Below, piece after piece: positions 59,853 to 64,000 of a stretch of DNA of 64,000 nt (position 1 is the first letter of the stretch; every line of letters begins with the position of its first letter). The notes under the pieces were generated by a model that had not been told where the DNA came from, searched no databases, and saw only the letters and a list, made by a program, of their open reading frames with translations. Made by a program: the position numbers and the translations under genes. Source of the DNA: Ignavibacteriales bacterium (lineage in GTDB: Bacteria > Bacteroidota > Ignavibacteria > UBA10030); the NCBI GenBank assembly GCA_026390585.1, contig JAPLFP010000355.1, forward strand, positions 12,779 to 76,778, in the 5' to 3' direction.

Positions 59853-60590
59853 ATGAGTAAAATCGACAACCTAAACAAGCACTTATCTAAGGCAATCTCC
59901 CATTATTGGCGAACTCGTCAAACACAATCTCAGAAACAGGCCAAATCTGGTCGGGCTGATCAAGGTGCACGGAGCGCAGTAACCGGCGGCGCTCATATGG
60001 ACGGATTTATCGGTCTGATCAGCGAGCTGATTGTCGATGCCGGTGCCCGTGAATCCGACATTTTCTACAATCAACATCTTGAGTTACCGGGATTCTTTCG
60101 CCCTACGAAAGAATGGGACTTTCTGATGGTGAAGGACAACCAGCTCATTCTCGCGTTGGAAGCCAAATCTCAAGTGGGCCCATCGTTTGGAAACAACTTC
60201 AATAATCGAACCGAGGAGGCTATGGGCAGCGCACTTGATTTATGGACGGCTTATCGAGAGGGTGCCTATAATAAAACGGTCAAGCCCTGGCTTGGCTATG
60301 TGTTCTTGTTGGAAGACTGCCCGGAATCCCGAAAGCCTGTGAAAGTCAAGGAGCCGCATTTCAAGGTTTTCCAAGAATTTGTAGGTGCTTCATATGCGAA
60401 GCGTTATGAGCTTTTCTGTAGAAAGCTCGTCCGAGAACGTCATTATAACGTTGCAGCCTTTCTTCTCTCCGACAAGACAAATGGAGCTAGGGGACGTTAC
60501 ACGGAACCTGCTGACGATCTGAGGTTTGACATTTTCGCCAGATCACTTGTCTCCCAAGTCACAGCCTTTGGTGTTTCGAAGAACCGATGA
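59853..60590 (+). CDS. Type II restriction endonuclease, XhoI/PaeR7I family
   Basis: LPGFFRPTKEWD, EAKSQVGPSFGNNFNNRTEEAMGSA signature. Confidence 0.9.
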   Translation: MSKIDNLNKHLSKAISHYWRTRQTQSQKQAKSGRADQGARSAVTGGAHMDGFIGLISELIVDAGARESDIFYNQHLELPGFFRPTKEWDFLMVKDNQLILALEAKSQVGPSFGNNFNNRTEEAMGSALDLWTAYREGAYNKTVKPWLGYVFLLEDCPESRKPVKVKEPHFKVFQEFVGASYAKRYELFCRKLVRERHYNVAAFLLSDKTNGARGRYTEPADDLRFDIFARSLVSQVTAFGVSKNR

Positions 60591-61531
60591 CACCAAAAGA
60601 AAATATCGCGCGCGACATAACAACACATCGTCTCGTCCAAGGGGATGCCAGACAAGTTCCATTTCTAAAAGACCAATCTGTTCATCTTGTCATAACGTCG
60701 CCACCCTATTGGACGCTCAAGAAATACAACGAGAACCCGAGTCAACTTGGGCACATCGCGGACTATGAAGGATTTCTTGAGGAATTGTCCAAAGTGTGGC
60801 AAGAAATGTACCGCATCTTGGTGCCAGGTGGCCGTCTCGTATGCGTAGTCGGCGATGTTTGTCTCTCACGCAAGGCATATGGCCGACACGTCGTGGTTCC
60901 ATTACATTCCGACATTGCAGTCATATGTCGCAAGATTGGTTTTGACAACCTCAATCCCATTATTTGGCACAAGATTGCCAATGCCAATTATGAAATCAGC
61001 AATGGCTCAAAGTTCTTTGGTAAGCCTTACGAGCCGAATGCTATCATCAAAAACGACATCGAATTCATATTGATGGAACGGAAATCGGGGGGCTACCGTC
61101 AGCCGACCGAGCGACAACGCAAGCTCAGTATGATTTCCAAGGAAGAGTACAGCAAGTGGTTCCAGCAATTTTGGAATTTAACTGGTGCGTCTACTAAGAA
61201 ACATCCTGCTCCATTTCCAGTGGAGCTTGCGTACAGACTTGTCAGAATGTTCTCATTTGTTGGCGATACGGTAGTTGATCCTTTTTGCGGGTCGGGTACG
61301 ACGATGGTTGCGGCGATTAAAGCAGGACGAAATAGTATCGGAATTGAAATTGATCCCGAGTATTGCAAAATGGCTGAGGAGCGTCTTCGGCAAGAGAACT
61401 CGGATATTTTTTCGTCAGCCACTCTCGAGTTCATCTACCCCGCCCAAGAAATTGAGTCCAAAGTGGCGGTGGGTGATAAGCGAGCGAAATATTCAACTCG
61501 CAAGAAGAAACCCTCCAAGCAACGACCTTAG
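60587..61531 (+). CDS. Amino (N4-C/N6-A) DNA methyltransferase, beta class
   Basis: TSPPY (motif IV) before HPAPFP and DPFCGSGT (motif I); ATGA overlap with the REase. Confidence 0.93.
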   Translation: MTPKENIARDITTHRLVQGDARQVPFLKDQSVHLVITSPPYWTLKKYNENPSQLGHIADYEGFLEELSKVWQEMYRILVPGGRLVCVVGDVCLSRKAYGRHVVVPLHSDIAVICRKIGFDNLNPIIWHKIANANYEISNGSKFFGKPYEPNAIIKNDIEFILMERKSGGYRQPTERQRKLSMISKEEYSKWFQQFWNLTGASTKKHPAPFPVELAYRLVRMFSFVGDTVVDPFCGSGTTMVAAIKAGRNSIGIEIDPEYCKMAEERLRQENSDIFSSATLEFIYPAQEIESKVAVGDKRAKYSTRKKKPSKQRP

Positions 61532-61550
61532 TCATTGTTCTCGTATTACC

Positions 61551-61614
61551 TGTCGGCGCATACCTGATGTCCCGGCTCTGGAACGTCATGCCACGAGGAA
61601 AGGGAAGACACTAG
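61551..61614 (+). repeat. Right copy: displaced MFS 3' end (VGAYLMSRLWNVMPRGKGRH*)
   Basis: 46 bp identical to 59633-59678, then a diverged but equivalent tail and stop codon. Confidence 0.95.
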
Positions 61615-61654
61615 CCGATTCAAGGCTGGCCGTCTGCTCTGTGTTGTGAAAAAC

Positions 61655-61688
61655 AAGAAAGCGAGATCAGACGATCTCGCTTTCTTTT
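61655..61688. terminator. Bidirectional terminator
   Basis: aagaaagcgagatc-agac-gatctcgctttctttt. Confidence 0.8.
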
Positions 61689-61701
61689 GTACAGCCCAAC
61701 T

Positions 61702-61780
61702 GTCCGACGGGATGACATCCCGTCGAGACTTGTCGGAGAGACGGCGTCCACTTGTCTGACGGGACTGCGTCCCGTCGCAC
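61702..61780. repeat. Pair of REP-like hairpins
   Basis: gacgggatgacatcccgtc and gacgggactgcgtcccgtc. Confidence 0.55.
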
Positions 61781-61786
61781 GGAGCA

Positions 61787-62497
61787 CTATTTTTTCATCC
61801 CCCAGAGTTTCTTTGTCGCTCTCTCTAATTCCTGTCCGATCAGCTTCGGGTCAAGCGTCTTCTCCGGTTCATTCTCAAAGACGGCGTAGGGGATCTTGAA
61901 TCCTTTTACCTCGATGAAGTTCGGATCTTTCGCTTCCAGCTTCTCCCAATCATTCGTTTTGTAATAGAAGTCCATCTTCTCATCGGGCAACGAATGGTAC
62001 AGGATGGAATCTTCCTGACCTTTTCGGGCTCTGCGATGGTTCTTGCGAACGGATTCTTCGTAAGAAACCCGGATGTACATCAGCGTGACTCGACGGAGAA
62101 TGTCCTCGTGAAGACAGCTAAGCGCTTCATGGATTCCGTCGTCGCCACCGCGGGCAAACTCGATGAGTATCGTTTTCCCGTCGTGGTAGTTCGGATCACG
62201 GGCGAGCTTCTTTCGGTACTCCAGATTGATACGCTCGATGTAGAGGTTCCAGATGAAGTGCTCTTTGAACCAGTACTTCTCGTCCGTCCAGATCCGTGGT
62301 TTCGCGTGTTTGGTCAGCATGTCGTCAATTTCGAAGGTCTCCCAGACGTACACAAAGTCGTCCAGTTCTTCGAAGTCGGCGATATGAAAACGCTCCAACC
62401 GTTCTTTGGCGTCGGCTTTCTTCAGGAAGTCAATGACCTCGGACTTGCCTGCAGCAGGCCGACCGGTAATAATGAGTATCGGGAAGTTGTTGTTCAT
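61787..62497 (-). CDS. Uncharacterised P-loop kinase-like protein
   Basis: N-terminal GRPAAGKS Walker A; ILIEF Walker-B-like strand; RKNHRR lid-like motif. Confidence 0.75.
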   Translation of the reverse strand: MNNNFPILIITGRPAAGKSEVIDFLKKADAKERLERFHIADFEELDDFVYVWETFEIDDMLTKHAKPRIWTDEKYWFKEHFIWNLYIERINLEYRKKLARDPNYHDGKTILIEFARGGDDGIHEALSCLHEDILRRVTLMYIRVSYEESVRKNHRRARKGQEDSILYHSLPDEKMDFYYKTNDWEKLEAKDPNFIEVKGFKIPYAVFENEPEKTLDPKLIGQELERATKKLWGMKK

Positions 62498-62513
62498 AGT
62501 GCTCCCTAGTCAA

Positions 62514-64000
62514 TTACTTGAGTTCTTTGATCCCACCCTTCAGACTCCCCGGCACGTTTTTCATAGTACGAATCATTTTCTCGGTGGCCTTGAACACCGT
62601 TTCGTCGAGATATGTCAGCTGAGGCGTGTCAATCCCGAGGTACCGTTTCGCTTCACCCATCATATAGTCGCTGGCAGCCCCGGTGTACACGGACTCATCC
62701 TCGACAGGTTTGCCATTGACCAGAAGTTTCACAATCTCAATGTGCACGAGGCCTCGGCGTTGCCACTCACACTCCACGCCTGACATCTGAAAACCAGACC
62801 TATCGATGATGTTCTTAAGGACAATATCATGCACTTGCTTGCCGGTGAGTTTGAATGAGACCAGGATGTTCCGGAACGGCAGCACTTCAAAAAGGTCTTG
62901 CTTCGTGATCGGCCCCGGCGAGAATCTCTTGCGAATGCCGCCATTGTTCATGAAACCAAGATCCGCGCCTGCCCCTTCGCGTTGCGCCTCACAGAGGAAG
63001 TTGCCGAGACGACGGTCCGAGCCTTCCGCATTCGCCTCAACGCTCCACGTGCCGATTACCTCGCTATACTCCTTCGCGATATCGGTCTTGAAAGAATCCA
63101 CCAGCGCTGTCACCACTGTCTTCCGGTCCGGATGATACCACAGTTGATGGAGCTCCCCGCTCCATCTTGTGACGGCATGATCCTCCACCGTAAGATCGAG
63201 CACACCGAGGTTTTCGCAGTTTGCTCCCGACTGCGCAATGATCACACCGTTGATGTATTTCGGCGTCTTCAGTCGCGTGTGCGAGTGCCCCCCGATGATC
63301 ACATCGAGCCCCTTCACATTGATCGCAATCAGCGAATCCTCATCCACCCCCACATGCGTCACAGCGACCACAAGATCGACCTGAGGACGGAGCATCTCGA
63401 TCAACCGTCTGGCGATTTTGATCGCGGGCATCAGCTTTACCCCCTTGGAGCTGTTCTGATTGACCAAACCGTAGTACTCGCTCGATATGACTCCAAAGAT
63501 CCCTACTTTGATTCCGTTTTTCTCGATGATCGCATATTCCCTGTTGGTGATCGGCTTCCCGCTTTTTTCATCCATCAGATTGGCCTCCACGACGGGGAAT
63601 TTTGCCATCGCGACCAGCTTCAGGAGGTTCGCATACGAAATATCAAAGTCGTGGTTCCCTGGCGTCCACCCTTCATAGCCGATCAGATTCATCATCTCGA
63701 CGAGAGCCCCGCCGTCCACTCCTTTATAGAGACGATCGGAGATCGGGTTACCGGTCATCAAGTCGCCGGCATCAAGCACCAGCGAGGTCGTTCTGATCTT
63801 CCGGATGCTGTCAACCGTGAACGCAAGCTCGTTGAATCCGCCGACGAACGGTTTGGACGTCGACCTCAACCAATATGCCTCATGCGGGAGAAAGCTTGCG
63901 TGCATATCGTTTGTGTGGAGTATCGTGATCTGTTTCGGCTGCGAGAGAATGGGCAGCACAAAAAGCATGAGCCCGGCACCAAGGAGCGCCAGACATCTGG
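62514..64000 (-). CDS. Bifunctional metallophosphatase / 5'-nucleotidase (start may lie at or beyond the window edge)
   Basis: HTNDMH, DAGD, GNHDFD, GGHSH, NNGGIR, LPFRN. Confidence 0.92.
   Translation of the reverse strand, partial: RCLALLGAGLMLFVLPILSQPKQITILHTNDMHASFLPHEAYWLRSTSKPFVGGFNELAFTVDSIRKIRTTSLVLDAGDLMTGNPISDRLYKGVDGGALVEMMNLIGYEGWTPGNHDFDISYANLLKLVAMAKFPVVEANLMDEKSGKPITNREYAIIEKNGIKVGIFGVISSEYYGLVNQNSSKGVKLMPAIKIARRLIEMLRPQVDLVVAVTHVGVDEDSLIAINVKGLDVIIGGHSHTRLKTPKYINGVIIAQSGANCENLGVLDLTVEDHAVTRWSGELHQLWYHPDRKTVVTALVDSFKTDIAKEYSEVIGTWSVEANAEGSDRRLGNFLCEAQREGAGADLGFMNNGGIRKRFSPGPITKQDLFEVLPFRNILVSFKLTGKQVHDIVLKNIIDRSGFQMSGVECEWQRRGLVHIEIVKLLVNGKPVEDESVYTGAASDYMMGEAKRYLGIDTPQLTYLDETVFKATEKMIRTMKNVPGSLKGGIKELK

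Overview
A 64-kb chromosomal window from a Gram-negative bacterium. It is probably an Ignavibacteria-like member of the FCB group, inferred from two proteins with the NYPNPFNP type IX secretion C-terminal domain together with Shine-Dalgarno use. Most of it is housekeeping and heterotrophic metabolism: serC/serA/DUF1015, sodC, catalase, several secreted peptidases and glycosidases, a four-subunit 2-oxoacid:ferredoxin oxidoreductase, an ABC exporter with a broken YtrA-type repressor, an ECF sigma locus with two zinc anti-sigma paralogues, transketolase, an MFS transporter and a 5'-nucleotidase. I found no rRNA, tRNA, CRISPR array, integrase or transposase. The unusual content lies between and inside the genes. 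(1) Two nuclease cassettes, a DUF559 endonuclease and an XhoI/PaeR7I-family restriction-modification pair, each sit between a host gene and a diverged second copy of that gene's 3' end, with no integrase in the window. (2) A fused type IIG RM gene carries an in-frame tandem insertion of palindromic elements related to a repeat beside the DUF559 gene. (3) Five MITE-like shells share related terminal inverted repeats but carry different nested palindromic cargo. (4) Heptamer inverted-repeat arrays occur both with and without a four-helix-bundle gene. (5) Transketolase appears to start at CTG. All calls come from manual motif reading; no database searches were run.
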